Source of the DNA: Armatimonadota bacterium
Lineage (GTDB): Bacteria > Armatimonadota > Armatimonadia > Armatimonadales > Armatimonadaceae
Reading direction: 5' to 3'
Assembly: GCA_043754515.1 (NCBI GenBank)
Contig: JAYUUO010000035.1
Span: 1-56,979, forward strand
Length of the DNA: 56,979 nucleotides
The notes beneath the pieces are model-generated. The model was not told the DNA's origin. It saw only the letters and a list, made by a program, of their open reading frames with translations, and did no database searches. This document shows, in pieces, positions 1-10,275 of the stretch. A program made the position numbers and the translations under genes. The first letter of the stretch is position 1, and each line of letters starts with the position of its first letter.

Positions 1-689
1 CCGCCCTCGCCCTTGCCGAAGTGCCGGAGCGTGAACGGCATCTTGACGCCCGTGCCGTAGACATTGCCGAGGCAGACGAGTTCGTGGGCGTATTTCGCGA
101 GGAGCGCGTTCAGCACCTCGTCGCGCACGGCGTACACCTTCGCGCCCGTGCTCGGAGACGTGCCGAGCATATCCTCCTCGCAAAACTCCTCGCCCCATTC
201 GTCCTTATCAATAGAGAATGCGGCTTGCACAGTCAGCGTCGCCGTGCGAACATCGGCGCGTTCCGACAGGTGCGGTAAACTCCCCTGCCGCTTGATGATC
301 CCGCGAAACGCCATGTCCTCGTGCCAGCGGTTCTTCGTCTCGACGCGCGAGATCTGCCCCATGACGCAGATCATCGCGTCGGCGTGGCGCATGACGAGGT
401 AGACCATCTGGCCGCGAATCCGGTCGGCTTGCGACGCCTCTAAAATATCAATCGTGATCTCGGACGTGTCGGAGGGAGACCCGACGACGCCGACGGGCGG
501 GTGGCTCTCGTCCATCACGACGTTGAGCACCTTGCCTTTGCGCTCGAACTTGTCGGGGCGGGCGGCGAAGCCGTTCATCGGGCGGTTAGGCGACAATGCG
601 GAAACTGCGTTTCCGGCAGAGGCAGCGAACACGGTTCTCGGCGACAAGCCGCCGCTGTCTTTGAGTCGTTCGGTGATCTGGTCAATCAT
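1..689 (-). CDS. HerA/DUF87-like ATPase, N-terminal part (runs off the window)
   Basis: Not in the ORF track. Manual translation from ATG 689 is open to the edge: MIDQITERL...VGVVGSPSDTSEITIDIL...GQMVYLV...VMGQISRVETKNRWHED...GTSPSTGAKVYAV...LGNVYGTGVKMPFTLRHFGKGEG, resembling a HAS-barrel preceding a HerA ATPase domain. ATGA overlap with upstream ORF. Walker A lies outside the window. Confidence 0.6.
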   Translation of the reverse strand, partial: MIDQITERLKDSGGLSPRTVFAASAGNAVSALSPNRPMNGFAARPDKFERKGKVLNVVMDESHPPVGVVGSPSDTSEITIDILEASQADRIRGQMVYLVMRHADAMICVMGQISRVETKNRWHEDMAFRGIIKRQGSLPHLSERADVRTATLTVQAAFSIDKDEWGEEFCEEDMLGTSPSTGAKVYAVRDEVLNALLAKYAHELVCLGNVYGTGVKMPFTLRHFGKGEG

Positions 690-1015
690 GGGGCGGGTTT
701 GTTCTCGATGGCTTGTACGGCGGGCAGCACTCGGGCGATGGCGAGCTCGACTTCTAGCTGGAAGCGCGTCGTCTGGGTCTGTACTTCGGCTCGCTCGGCG
801 ATGATCTGCGCACGTTCCGCCGAAAACTGGGCGCGATCCGATTCTCGTGCGGCTTCGATCCGCGTGACACGCTCACCAATCGCCGCTATTTTATCGCCGA
901 GTCGGTCAACGTCGGGCTGCAACTTATCCACCCGCTCTTTCTGAAAACGCTGTTGTTCGGAAGCGGTGAGAAGAAGGCGCGTCGTCTCGCCGATGCGGTC
1001 GAAAACATTACTCAT
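686..1015 (-). CDS. hypothetical coiled-coil protein
   Basis: 109 aa with heptad-like pattern; AGGAGG RBS; overlaps both neighbours. Confidence 0.7.
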   Translation of the reverse strand: MSNVFDRIGETTRLLLTASEQQRFQKERVDKLQPDVDRLGDKIAAIGERVTRIEAARESDRAQFSAERAQIIAERAEVQTQTTRFQLEVELAIARVLPAVQAIENKPAP

Positions 1016-1265
1016 CGAGCCTCCTGTTTACCTCCACAAACGTATCGTGTAGTCGCTCGAGCGATTCAGTCAGAGCAGCGGAACTAGTTGCCATGCTCCG
1101 TGCCGCCGAGACCATTTCGTCCAACGCCATGTCAAGCCGCGACTCCTCCTCAGTGCTCATCAACAACTCCGTAGGCAAAAGAACATGCCGCCCTTTGTAC
1201 AATCCCTCGGTCGTGATCATCGCCTCCAGAAGCCCCGTCGCCGGGGCTGCTAACATTGTCGCCAT
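1008..1265 (-). CDS. hypothetical helical protein
   Basis: 85 aa; GGAGG RBS; 8-bp overlap with downstream ORF. Confidence 0.65.
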   Translation of the reverse strand: MATMLAAPATGLLEAMITTEGLYKGRHVLLPTELLMSTEEESRLDMALDEMVSAARSMATSSAALTESLERLHDTFVEVNRRLDE

Positions 1266-1420
1266 AATCGTTCCTCCCGCCTCTATTGTACGGTACTACC
1301 GGGCGCGGTGCGAAATGCGGAAACGCCAGCCGCGTCGTTTTATAAAACAGCCACGACGGCGGACGCTCTAAATCGGTACGTAACATGCCAATTGCTGCGT
1401 ATCGGAAGGAATTTTCCCTC

Positions 1421-2005
1421 ATGCGCTCGTCATTCTCGACCAAACGGTTCCTGCCCGTTGCCTGTGCTTTTGTCGGCCTCGCGCTGTGCGCGGCGACGGC
1501 TAGCGGTCAGGGTGCGGCGAAGAACCTGCTGAAAAACGGCGACATCGAAGTGGGCACGAATGATGTCCCGAACGACTGGAAGCCGGGCGCGAAAGTGGAT
1601 GGAGTGGCCTACGAATGGGCGGGCAAGACTGGCTACAAAAGCTCACATTCCCTCTGTCTGCGAAAGACTGAGAACCGCTATTTTCCCATCGCGTCGTGGA
1701 ACCAGTCATTCGCGCATGACGCCAGGGCGAGGAAACTGCATGTGTCTGCTTATGTTCGCGCCGAGAATGTGACCAAAGCGGTCCTTGACGTGTCGTACAA
1801 CAGCGCGGCGGGAGAAGCGACGCACAAATGGGCGTTCTACGTCGGCAACAAAGGAACAGGCGCAAGGCCCCTCACGCACGACTGGAAGCTTATGACCGCC
1901 GATGTGTCCGTCCCCGAAGGCACCGAAACGATCACGGTCTCGCCACAAATCTACGGACCGGGTACGGTTTGGATGGACGACATCCGTGCCGTGTATGTGC
2001 CGTAA
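1421..2005 (+). CDS. secreted carbohydrate-binding (CBM4/9-like) domain protein
   Basis: Signal peptide, NLLKNGDIE...W start and GPGTVWMDDI end typical of galactose-binding-like fold. Confidence 0.7.
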   Translation: MRSSFSTKRFLPVACAFVGLALCAATASGQGAAKNLLKNGDIEVGTNDVPNDWKPGAKVDGVAYEWAGKTGYKSSHSLCLRKTENRYFPIASWNQSFAHDARARKLHVSAYVRAENVTKAVLDVSYNSAAGEATHKWAFYVGNKGTGARPLTHDWKLMTADVSVPEGTETITVSPQIYGPGTVWMDDIRAVYVP

Positions 2006-2019
2006 CCATGCGATACGCC

Positions 2020-2310
2020 ATGAAGAATGTAGTTTTCGTTGATGTGGACGATACCCTGTTGCGCGACATCGGCGGCAAGCAAATACCGATTCCGGCGACG
2101 GTGCGGCATGTGCGTACTTTGCACGACCAGGGCGCGACTTTGTACTGCTGGAGTTCGGGTGGCGCGGAGTACGCTAAGACAAGCGCGGAATGGCTAGGTA
2201 TCGCGGATTGCTTCGTCGCGTTTCTGCCAAAGCCGGATGTGATGATTGACGACCAAGCACTGTCCGAATGGCGCACGTTGCGCATCGTCCACCCGAATGA
2301 GGTCGCGTGA
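2020..2310 (+). CDS. minimal HAD-superfamily hydrolase
   Basis: VFVDVDDTL (DxDxT), WSSGG, LPKPDVMIDD motifs. Confidence 0.75.
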   Translation: MKNVVFVDVDDTLLRDIGGKQIPIPATVRHVRTLHDQGATLYCWSSGGAEYAKTSAEWLGIADCFVAFLPKPDVMIDDQALSEWRTLRIVHPNEVA

Positions 2311-2569
2311 GCCGCCCAACGCTAGCACAATCACGCCATCTTCCAATAGCACCGCCGCGTCGGCATACGTAGCTATCTTCGGGTACGGCACCATCAAACT
2401 CCTTGTGATCAACGAAGTTACCGCGCTAGATTTTATTGATCTACCGCACGATTCGCGCCCGTGTCGTCACGCCGCGTAGACTTAGCAACCATTCGTCTAC
2501 AGGACATGTACCGTTAGCGGAAATCAACTTATAAACCCGGCGCGGCGTGGCAATCACGAGCGCGGTGTT

Positions 2570-3241
2570 CTACACCAAACCTTGCCGCGCCGCAAGCAAT
2601 GCCGCTTCCGCTCGCGTATTGACTTCAAGTTTGGCGAAGATGTTGCTGATGTGGTTCTTCACCGTCTTTTCGCTGATGAACAGGACGTCCGCGATCTCCC
2701 GGTTGCGCTTGCCTTTGCCGATTATCGCCAGCACCTCGCGCTCGCGCTCCGTCAACTCCGCGAACACGGCGTTGTCGGCGGCACGCTGGATGCTCAGCCT
2801 GCCGAACTCGGACAGCACGCGCGACACGAGCGAGGGGTGGAGCAGTGCCTCGCCGCGCCCAACGGCGCGCACGGCGGCCAGCGTCTCCTCCGGCGGCGAG
2901 TCCTTCAGGACGTACCCTTTTGCGCCCGCCTTAATCGCGGAGAACACCCGCTCGTCGTCGTTGTAGATGGTCAGGATCACCACCCCCACTTCGGGCAGTT
3001 CGCGGTGCAACGTCTCCGTGAGTTGGATGCCGTTCACGTTCGGCATTCCGATGTCGGTCAGCACGACGTCCGGTTTCTGCGCCCGTACTACGGACAACGC
3101 CTTCGCGCCATCGCCCGCCGTGCCGACGACCTGAATATCGTCTTCGAGCGAAAGGAGCCGCGCCAGCATCTCGCGGGTCATTGTCTCGTCCTCGGCGATT
3201 ACGAGGCGAATGGGGCGGGGATGTTCGGGGTTTGTTTCCAT
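2570..3241 (-). CDS. NarL/LuxR-family response regulator
   Basis: REC domain (AED, VLTDIGMP, GYVLK) plus LTEREREVL...ISEKTVKNHISNIFAKL HTH. Confidence 0.95.
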   Translation of the reverse strand: METNPEHPRPIRLVIAEDETMTREMLARLLSLEDDIQVVGTAGDGAKALSVVRAQKPDVVLTDIGMPNVNGIQLTETLHRELPEVGVVILTIYNDDERVFSAIKAGAKGYVLKDSPPEETLAAVRAVGRGEALLHPSLVSRVLSEFGRLSIQRAADNAVFAELTEREREVLAIIGKGKRNREIADVLFISEKTVKNHISNIFAKLEVNTRAEAALLAARQGLV

Positions 3242-3321
3242 TGTGTTGCCGTCGTTAGCTCCGCCGTATTGTACTGCATGTGGAAGTCGTCACGCCCGAG
3301 TTGAGGCTTTCTCCAGACGGT

Positions 3322-4671
3322 TCACGCATGTCTCCTAACGCGGAGGGCCATGCTCCCCTTCGGGCGCAATGTGATCAAAGTCTCCACCTCCTGCGCCATC
3401 TCCCCGTCATCAACCGACACGCCGACGCGGCTCAAGACGGTGGCGACCACGATCTGCATTTCCATCAGCGCGAACGCCGCGCCGATACACACGCGATGCC
3501 CGCCGCCGAACGGCAGGTAGGCGAAGCGCGGACGCGTTTTCTCCGCGTCCGGCGAGAAGCGCGACGGGTCGAAGACGTCGGGGTCGGGGAAATAATGGGC
3601 GTCGCGGTGCATGAGATAAACGTTCAGGATGATAGCCGACCCAGCCGGGACGTGGTAGTCGAGCAGTTCGGTATCCACCCGCGCGCGGCGGGTGAAGGCG
3701 AACGCGGGTGGGTAAAGGCGCATCGCCTCTTTGATCGCGACGAGAGTGCGCGGAAGTTTCTCGATGTCCGCGTACGTCGCGGGACGTCCTCCCAGAACTG
3801 CCCGCGCTTCGGATTCGACACGGGCGTGTTCCTCCGGGTGCCTCGCGAGCAGGTAGAACGTCCACGCAAGGGCGTTCGCGGTGGTCTCGTGTCCGGCCAG
3901 AAAGAACGTCATCACTTCGTCCCGCACCTGAGCATCCGGCATCGGTTCACCCGCCTCGTCACGAGCGTTCAGAAGCAACGACAGCAGATCGTTCCCAGTC
4001 GCCCCCGCGCGACGCCGCTCCGCGATCAATCCGTACACAGCGCGGTTGAGAGTAGCAATTGCCCGGCGCACGTCCGGCCTCCAGAACGGAACGCCAGCGA
4101 ACGGGGAGCGGATAGGCGAGCGTAGCACGCGGATGAAGTATCCCATCGCGGTCGTAATCGCGCCGCCCAGTTCGTCCGCGTTCCCGCCCAGCCCGCGCAC
4201 CCCAAACAGTGTTTCGCCGACGATCCTCAGCGTCAGCCGCGTCATTTCTCGGTGAAAATCCACGGTCTCCCCGTCGTCCCACCGGGAAACCATCTCACCC
4301 GTGGCGTTTGCGATCCCCGGAGCGTACTGCGCGATTCGGGCGGGCGTAAAGACAGGTAGGATTGTTTGCCGTTGCTTTTTGTGGAAGGTGCCCTCGCTCC
4401 CAAGCAGCCCGTTGCCCAGCATCGGTCGCAGGTACTTTGAGAGTTCGACGCCTTTCGTGTAATCCCCTGCCCGCGTCAGCAACACATCGCCCGCGGCCTC
4501 AGCGGCATAAAGGAGGATCACATTGCGGGTACCGAAACGCATCCGAAACAGGTTGTTCGGGGGAGCGGCCTCGCGCACGGCGTCAAAGAAACGCAAACGA
4601 TTCGCCCCGAATAACACGCTCCAGGGTATTCGCGCGGCGAGCATCGGGATTTGTCGGGTAACATCGTTCAT
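3322..4671 (-). CDS. cytochrome P450
   Basis: AGHETT I-helix, EAMR (ExxR), FDPSRF, FGGGHRVCIG heme motif; start uncertain. Confidence 0.95.
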   Translation of the reverse strand: MNDVTRQIPMLAARIPWSVLFGANRLRFFDAVREAAPPNNLFRMRFGTRNVILLYAAEAAGDVLLTRAGDYTKGVELSKYLRPMLGNGLLGSEGTFHKKQRQTILPVFTPARIAQYAPGIANATGEMVSRWDDGETVDFHREMTRLTLRIVGETLFGVRGLGGNADELGGAITTAMGYFIRVLRSPIRSPFAGVPFWRPDVRRAIATLNRAVYGLIAERRRAGATGNDLLSLLLNARDEAGEPMPDAQVRDEVMTFFLAGHETTANALAWTFYLLARHPEEHARVESEARAVLGGRPATYADIEKLPRTLVAIKEAMRLYPPAFAFTRRARVDTELLDYHVPAGSAIILNVYLMHRDAHYFPDPDVFDPSRFSPDAEKTRPRFAYLPFGGGHRVCIGAAFALMEMQIVVATVLSRVGVSVDDGEMAQEVETLITLRPKGSMALRVRRHA

Positions 4672-4680
4672 CACATCCAA

Positions 4681-4706
4681 AGACGTCTCGGCCAGCACCG
4701 GGTTCC
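4681..4706 (-). promoter_or_regulatory. putative ECF-sigma promoter for the P450
   Basis: GGAAC-N16-CGTCT on the minus strand, 6-9 nt before GTG/ATG. Confidence 0.45.
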
Positions 4707-4831
4707 GGCCAAGACGGAGGAACATGCTACAGAGACGCACAAGGTAGCGGAGACTGTGCAACCATACGTGCGGCGTCAGGTCGCGCGGATGAAGGCAGAT
4801 TCGCAAGCATCATCCGGTCGCTCTCGCGTTG

Positions 4832-5041
4832 CTAATGCAACGGTTTTCTTGGGGAGAAACAGGCGGCGACAAGCTGCACGAAACGCATCGTCCAGCAGAG
4901 TGGGCAACCCCGTAGGAGAATCAGCGCGCACAGAGCGAGTCCGGCTGAGAGCCACGGCTCGCTCTGTGCGCGTTGCGCGGCAATGAACAGCGTGACGCCG
5001 AACACGCCTTTTAGAAGATGAATCAATAGATCATTTCGCAT
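4832..5041 (-). CDS. small membrane protein with GCPxCW motif
   Basis: Two hydrophobic helices plus LRGCPLCWT; overlaps the sigma gene. Confidence 0.7.
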   Translation of the reverse strand: MRNDLLIHLLKGVFGVTLFIAAQRAQSEPWLSAGLALCALILLRGCPLCWTMRFVQLVAACFSPRKPLH

Positions 5042-5579
5042 CCGTCTTCCCCCCTGAGTCGGTTAAAAGGTACTCGCGCACCAGAACGCGGCCGCGATAT
5101 AGGCGTGTTTTCGCGGTCGCCAAGGGTAGCGTCAATCGCCGAGCAATTTGGCCCAAAGTCTCCTCCTCGAAGTCACGTAACAGCAGAACGTCGCGGTAGA
5201 TGACCGGGAGCGATTGTATTGCCAGGGCGATGTCGAGTCGTAACTCGGTTTCGGAGCGGGAAGCGAACAGATTCGGTACCGCTTCGAGAGCATTCGCGGT
5301 GAGCGAAGGCGAGCCGAAGCGGCGGGCGAGGCGGAGACATTCGCGCAGGACGACTGTCGCGAGCCAGCCGTCCAGCGACACGGCGGAGCGGAGCGTCGGA
5401 AGGTAGCGGCACAGGATTAAAAGAGTCTCCTGCACCGCGTCCTCGACCGCGCTCATGCCACACGTCCACTGTGCGTAGCGGCGGATGTTGGGGCGGAAGA
5501 TCGTCAGAAGCCGCTCCAACGCCCCCCGGTCGCCCTGCCGCGCCGCGACCCAATCCGCAGGGCAGGACGTCACGCTCAC
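5031..5579 (-). CDS. ECF RNA polymerase sigma factor
   Basis: AARQGDRGAL, VEDAVQETL, WLATV (region 2); LPVIYRDVLLLRD...TAKTRLYRGR (region 4). Confidence 0.9.
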   Translation of the reverse strand: MSVTSCPADWVAARQGDRGALERLLTIFRPNIRRYAQWTCGMSAVEDAVQETLLILCRYLPTLRSAVSLDGWLATVVLRECLRLARRFGSPSLTANALEAVPNLFASRSETELRLDIALAIQSLPVIYRDVLLLRDFEEETLGQIARRLTLPLATAKTRLYRGRVLVREYLLTDSGGKTDAK

Positions 5580-5800
5580 CGCGCGTCCGAACCGCTCTTC
5601 GCGGTGATCCTACGTCCGACCATCACGCACATCGGACAGAATCCGACGACCGCCGTAAGAAGGACGGCGACGCCCGATGCCGCAACGAGCCAACCAGTTG
5701 GAGTCGCCTTCAGCCCGATAATGCCGTAGAGGATAGCCATCGCCCCCGCCAAAACCCGCGCGATCCGCTCCTACAGCGGGAGGTTCTTTGTATATCACAT
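5576..5800 (-). pseudogene. DUF2892/YgaP-like membrane protein pseudogene
   Basis: M*YTKNLPL*ERIARVLAG...LTAVVGFCPMCVMVGRR; in-frame TGA (5795-97) and TAG (5771-73); GTGA overlap with the sigma start. Confidence 0.8.
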
Positions 5801-5862
5801 AGTTCATTTCCCCCTCTCAGAAACAAGAGGCGGCACGGGGCGCGGAAAGTTTCACGTCCGAT

Positions 5863-6875
5863 TCATTTGCGCGCACTATTTTTCAGGGCATCGTGGATGA
5901 ACGAAGTCTCACCCGCGTCGTAGGGCGTGCCGTCCTCGTGGAGCAGGTCGTGAAACCAGACGGGTGGCTCGCCTTTGTCCACGCTCCAGCCCCACGGCAT
6001 GTACGTCTGCGTTTTGCCGCGTACCAGTCCCCACGAGAAGCAGCCGACGTGCTCGGCGACGAATACCGGCAGGTGCGTCTCATAACGGCTTCCCAAACCC
6101 CGGCTCATCCACTCGGTACAGAGCACGGGGCGACCGGGAGCCTCCGCGCGGCACCACGCGATGTCGGAAATGAGGCGAGAAGCACTGTCGTAGCCGTGGA
6201 ACGTCACGATGTCGGACAGGGCGAAACTTTCCCAGTTCAGGTCTGGCAGGTCGTGGTTCCAGACACCGACCGTGAGCGGTTGCGCGGGATTCACATCCCG
6301 TGCCCAGTCGAACGCGGCGCGTAAAAGCGGCAGACTACGATTCGCCTGCTTTTCATTGCCCGGCTCGTTATACAGACCCCACGCTAGAACGCGTGTGTCG
6401 GACGCGAACGCACCGATCACACCGTGCGCGTATCGCTCCAACCGCCCGATCAGCCGAGAGCGTGTGACCCGGCGGGGGAGTCCAGCCGCTGTTGTGAACG
6501 CCGGGGATGGGCGGATCTTGCTTTCCGAGGTACAGCTCCTTGCCCGCGAACGCGCAGTCGTCGAACAGAATAAGGCAGAACGCGAATGCCGTACGTATCG
6601 GCGAGCGTCAGGAACGTGTCGAGGCGGGCGATGAAGCCGGATTCGTCGTGTTCCCAGACCAGGAACGGCAGGAAAACGCGCACGGCGTTGAAGCCGAGAT
6701 CGCACGCTTACTCCAACTCCTCGGCAATCGTCGCCGGATCAAATGTGTCGGCTTGCCACATCTCGGTGCTATTGACGGCGGTGCGCGGCAGGTAGTTGAC
6801 ACTGCATAGGAACGGCAACGCGTCGTACCAGAGCCGCGCCCGCTCGGAAGTCCATGGTTGTTTCATGCCGGTCAT
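5863..6875 (-). pseudogene. GH5/GH-A clan glycoside hydrolase pseudogene
   Basis: Fragments NYLPRTAVNSTEMWQ, LGFNAVRVFL, LFDDCAF, GVHNSGW, LYNEPGN, VLCTEWM, WFHDLL over three frames; TAA at 6708-10 plus two frameshifts. Confidence 0.85.
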
Positions 6876-6876
6876 G

Positions 6877-8808
6877 TTACCCGTCTTTCCGCAACCAAAC
6901 GCGCATCGCGCCCGGTTCACCGTTCGCCCAGGCGTAGTACGGCGTCAAAACTATTTGGACGGGACGCGGGTTCCCGGTCGTAGCTGCTCCTGCTTCGCTC
7001 CACGGTCTGTAAAGATCTGTTCGGGAGTCCGCCGATTCGTGGCACTCGCCGACCAGGGCGACCGCCCCTTCCAGTCTGTCATGAGATACCGGCTGAAAAC
7101 CTGTCGGATCGAGGTTAACTAGCAGGTCGCGAACGTCCACCGACTGATTATCCACCGCCTCGGCGCAGTACAGGAGCGGCCCCCGAAACACAGCGACCCG
7201 CCCCGCCGCATCTGTCACGCGTGGGTGCGCGACCACGTAGCGCGTTGGCATCGGCAGGCGGAGCGTGACGGTTTCCCCGGACTCCCCCCGAATCGCGACC
7301 GTTGCGAAACTTCCGGCTGACACGGGGCGAGTCTGGCCGTCCTGCATCAGTGTCGCGCCGACCGCCCACGCGGGGACGCGGAGATGGAGCGCGAAAGGCG
7401 CGGTCGCCTGTTGAAGCGTCACACACATGTCGCCGCCGTAAGGGTAGCCTGTTCGCGTCTCGAGCCGGACCGGCTCCGCGTTCGGGCGATCTACCGTCGC
7501 CGTCCCTTCGGCATAAAGGTTCACGTATACACCGCCGCTATCGTCAACCGCGTAGAAGTAGCCCGGTAGTTGCGCGAGGAGGCGGGCGACGTTCGGCGGG
7601 CAACACGCGCACCCGAACCATTTCTTGCGGCGGTGCGCTCCGTCGTCTTCGAGCGGGTTCTGGTAAAAGTATTCGTCGCCGGAGAGCGAAAGGCCCGGTA
7701 GCACGGCGTTATAGAGCGTGTGCTCTATAAGGTCAGCGTATTTTACATCGCCCGTCATTAACAGGAGGCGGTGATTCCACATCACGGACGCGATGGCGGC
7801 GCACGTTTCTGTGTAGGCGCGCTCGGCGGGCAACTCGTAGTCTTTGCCGAACGCCTCCCCTTCCCAGCGCGAGCCGAGACCGCCGGAAACATACGAACGC
7901 CGCTCGGTCATGTTGCGCCACTGCGCATGGATCGCGTCCGTCAATTCCGCGCCTCCCATCTCCAACGCGATGTCGGTCGCGCCCACAGCGAGGTAGATCA
8001 TCCGAACCGCATGCCCGGTGACCTCGCGTAGTTCACGGTACGGAATGTGATCCTGCATATAGCGTCGGTCGTGCTCCCCCGAACCCATCAGGCGGTACGC
8101 GGCGGACGGGTTCTGCCCGCGCGCGTCTACAAAGTACGCGGCGAGACGGAGGTAGCGCGGCTCGTCCGTCGCCCGGTACAACTCGACCAGCGCGAGTTCG
8201 ATTTCCTCGTGTCCGCAGGTGCCTTCGCGCTTACCGTCCATAACCCGCCCGAATGTCCGGTCCAAATGGTCGGCGACCCGGCGCGCGACGTTCAATAGCC
8301 TGTCTGAACCGGTGGCGCGGAAATGGGCGACAGCGGCTTGCACGAAATGCCCCATGCAGTACAACTCGTGCATGTCTCGCAGGTTGGTGTACCGCTCCCC
8401 TTCCCGCTCGAACGTGAAGTAGGTGTTGAGGTAGCCGTCCGGGAACTGCGCCCGCTCGATCAGGTCGGCGACGGTCTCGACCTGCCGCTCGATATTCGCG
8501 CGGTTTGACAGGGCGGGGTCCGCCAGCGCGGACGCGGCGGCTTCGAGCCACTTGTAGACGTCCGAGTCGTTAAAGAATATCCCGTCGAACGGCACGTCCG
8601 GCGTGTTATCCACGACGCGGCGGAAGTTGCGCAACCGGTTCGTGGATTCCAGATGCGCGTACTGCGACGGGATCGTCACCGCGCGGTTAATGGCGCGGCG
8701 CGGTTCGAGAAAGGCGTCGGCTAGGCGGACGGCGTCCAACGCCACCGGGCGCAGTCTGGCGGATGGGCTATGAGTCGTGTCGACGACGAATGTTTGGTTT
8801 GGCATCAT
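6877..8808 (-). CDS. GH127 beta-L-arabinofuranosidase family protein
   Basis: DSDVYKWLEA, HELYCMGH, GHAVR, YTETCA, CACCPPN motifs. Confidence 0.95.
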   Translation of the reverse strand: MMPNQTFVVDTTHSPSARLRPVALDAVRLADAFLEPRRAINRAVTIPSQYAHLESTNRLRNFRRVVDNTPDVPFDGIFFNDSDVYKWLEAAASALADPALSNRANIERQVETVADLIERAQFPDGYLNTYFTFEREGERYTNLRDMHELYCMGHFVQAAVAHFRATGSDRLLNVARRVADHLDRTFGRVMDGKREGTCGHEEIELALVELYRATDEPRYLRLAAYFVDARGQNPSAAYRLMGSGEHDRRYMQDHIPYRELREVTGHAVRMIYLAVGATDIALEMGGAELTDAIHAQWRNMTERRSYVSGGLGSRWEGEAFGKDYELPAERAYTETCAAIASVMWNHRLLLMTGDVKYADLIEHTLYNAVLPGLSLSGDEYFYQNPLEDDGAHRRKKWFGCACCPPNVARLLAQLPGYFYAVDDSGGVYVNLYAEGTATVDRPNAEPVRLETRTGYPYGGDMCVTLQQATAPFALHLRVPAWAVGATLMQDGQTRPVSAGSFATVAIRGESGETVTLRLPMPTRYVVAHPRVTDAAGRVAVFRGPLLYCAEAVDNQSVDVRDLLVNLDPTGFQPVSHDRLEGAVALVGECHESADSRTDLYRPWSEAGAATTGNPRPVQIVLTPYYAWANGEPGAMRVWLRKDG

Positions 8809-8948
8809 TCTGGTTCCTTAAGTCAGCCTAGAATTGTTTTTGGATCAACTCGTCAGCGTTCCTTGCTGGGGAGATGACCATCCTCGTACCGATCTCGGCC
8901 CCTACCGTGTCAGATCATCGGGCGGAATCGCCGGGTAATACTGCCGCA

Positions 8949-9514
8949 TTACATCGGCGAAGAACTAACATCGGAGCGGCACACCGTTAGTTTTTCGCCG
9001 ATCACTTCGATCATTTTATCTTTGAAGCAATACGCGTAATGCTTCTTCCGAGCGGAGTAGGTGGACGCATCTTGAGGGTTGCTCGAAAACGCGTTCTTCC
9101 AGACGGAGTTGCGTATCTCATAGGCGTTGTTCTGCCTTAGACCGCGCGAGTAGAGAGGATGCTTCTCAAAGTCGATTGCACTGATTATTTGTGTGCCCGT
9201 CGCGATCTCCTTGCTGAATACCAGAAACGAGTAACAAATTTTACCCGTCCTGTATATCATTATCCCCTTAACCCGGTGATCCAACAAGAGGGGGTTGCCA
9301 TCTCAATTCCATTCCTTTTCGGGCCAGGCTATGGGATTGGGGAACTCCTCGCCTTGTCGGGACGCCAACTCCCGCTCCAGGTCGGCTAGCTCGTCACTAA
9401 TCCACCGTACAAACCAGTCGGTCTAGGACCGCTCGTAGCGAAGAGTTCGTCTATTGAAGAACGTAATTCCGCGATCCGACCTTTGACAGAGTCGTCCGTT
9501 GGGTTGGGTGTCAT
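8949..9514 (-). pseudogene. disrupted hypothetical protein
   Basis: ATG 9514 (TAATG overlap), frameshift near 9425, then LADLERELASRQGEEFPNPIAWPEKEWN*DGNPLLL with TGA 9303-05, continuing HPLYSRGL...NSVW...KHYAYCFKD. Confidence 0.55.
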
Positions 9515-10275
9515 TACTGTGCTTCTCCGTACCATTTCGGGGTGTTGCGACGTGGGTCATCCGCAAGAGTGTGATCTGATCGCATCATTGAATTTGTCCG
9601 CATCTCCGCCTGACTGTAGATAGAATAGCCTATCTGGTACCCGGCAGACAGTGTTTTCCAATAGGTAGCCTCCCACCCGGCGAGGTCGCGGTCCACGCGA
9701 GAGTCCGGCACTACAATCCCGAGCGTGCTCGCGTCTAACTTGTACCGGTCCTCCACCATTTTACGGGTGCGTGATCTCATCCGCACCTGCAAACGGTTTT
9801 GTTGCTCCAGGGCAGTAGACTCGGGGATGCCCGCGCCGACGCCGAAAACATCGTCCCATGTATCTCCATCCGATTCCTCGTGACTCAGAAATCGGTCCCA
9901 GTCAGCTCCCGCTAACTCCTCCCATGTCGCTCCGCCTGTCGGAGTGAGTTGGTAATATGACAGATCCGTTTGCACATCACGCCTCACTTCATGCCTCGCG
10001 CGTAGTGCCGCGAGCAGCTCCTTTCGGGCTAGTTCGAGTGCTGACGAGGAGATGCGGAAGGGGTCGCGACGGTAATGATAAAACGCGATCAGCTCTTGCT
10101 GGTAGAGTTCCCACAGCAAGTCACAGCATTCCGTCAGTGTCACACCAAGCGGCTTTCTGTTGAATAGCACGCCGAACGTAGTCGGCCGGGTGCTTTCGAC
10201 GTTATGCAAGGCATTCGACACGGGAACCGGGTTCTCAACCCCCAACTCCAAGAGAATATGCTGTTTCGTGTTCAT
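9514..10275 (-). CDS. hypothetical protein
   Basis: 253 aa ORF in a lower-GC patch; YYQLTPTGGATWE...W and WEATYWKTL motifs. Confidence 0.75.
   Translation of the reverse strand: MNTKQHILLELGVENPVPVSNALHNVESTRPTTFGVLFNRKPLGVTLTECCDLLWELYQQELIAFYHYRRDPFRISSSALELARKELLAALRARHEVRRDVQTDLSYYQLTPTGGATWEELAGADWDRFLSHEESDGDTWDDVFGVGAGIPESTALEQQNRLQVRMRSRTRKMVEDRYKLDASTLGIVVPDSRVDRDLAGWEATYWKTLSAGYQIGYSIYSQAEMRTNSMMRSDHTLADDPRRNTPKWYGEAQ

Noticed and set aside
5576..9514. Stop-codon reassignment
   Set aside because: TGA, TAG and TAA all interrupt frames, frameshifts co-occur, and conserved genes terminate normally
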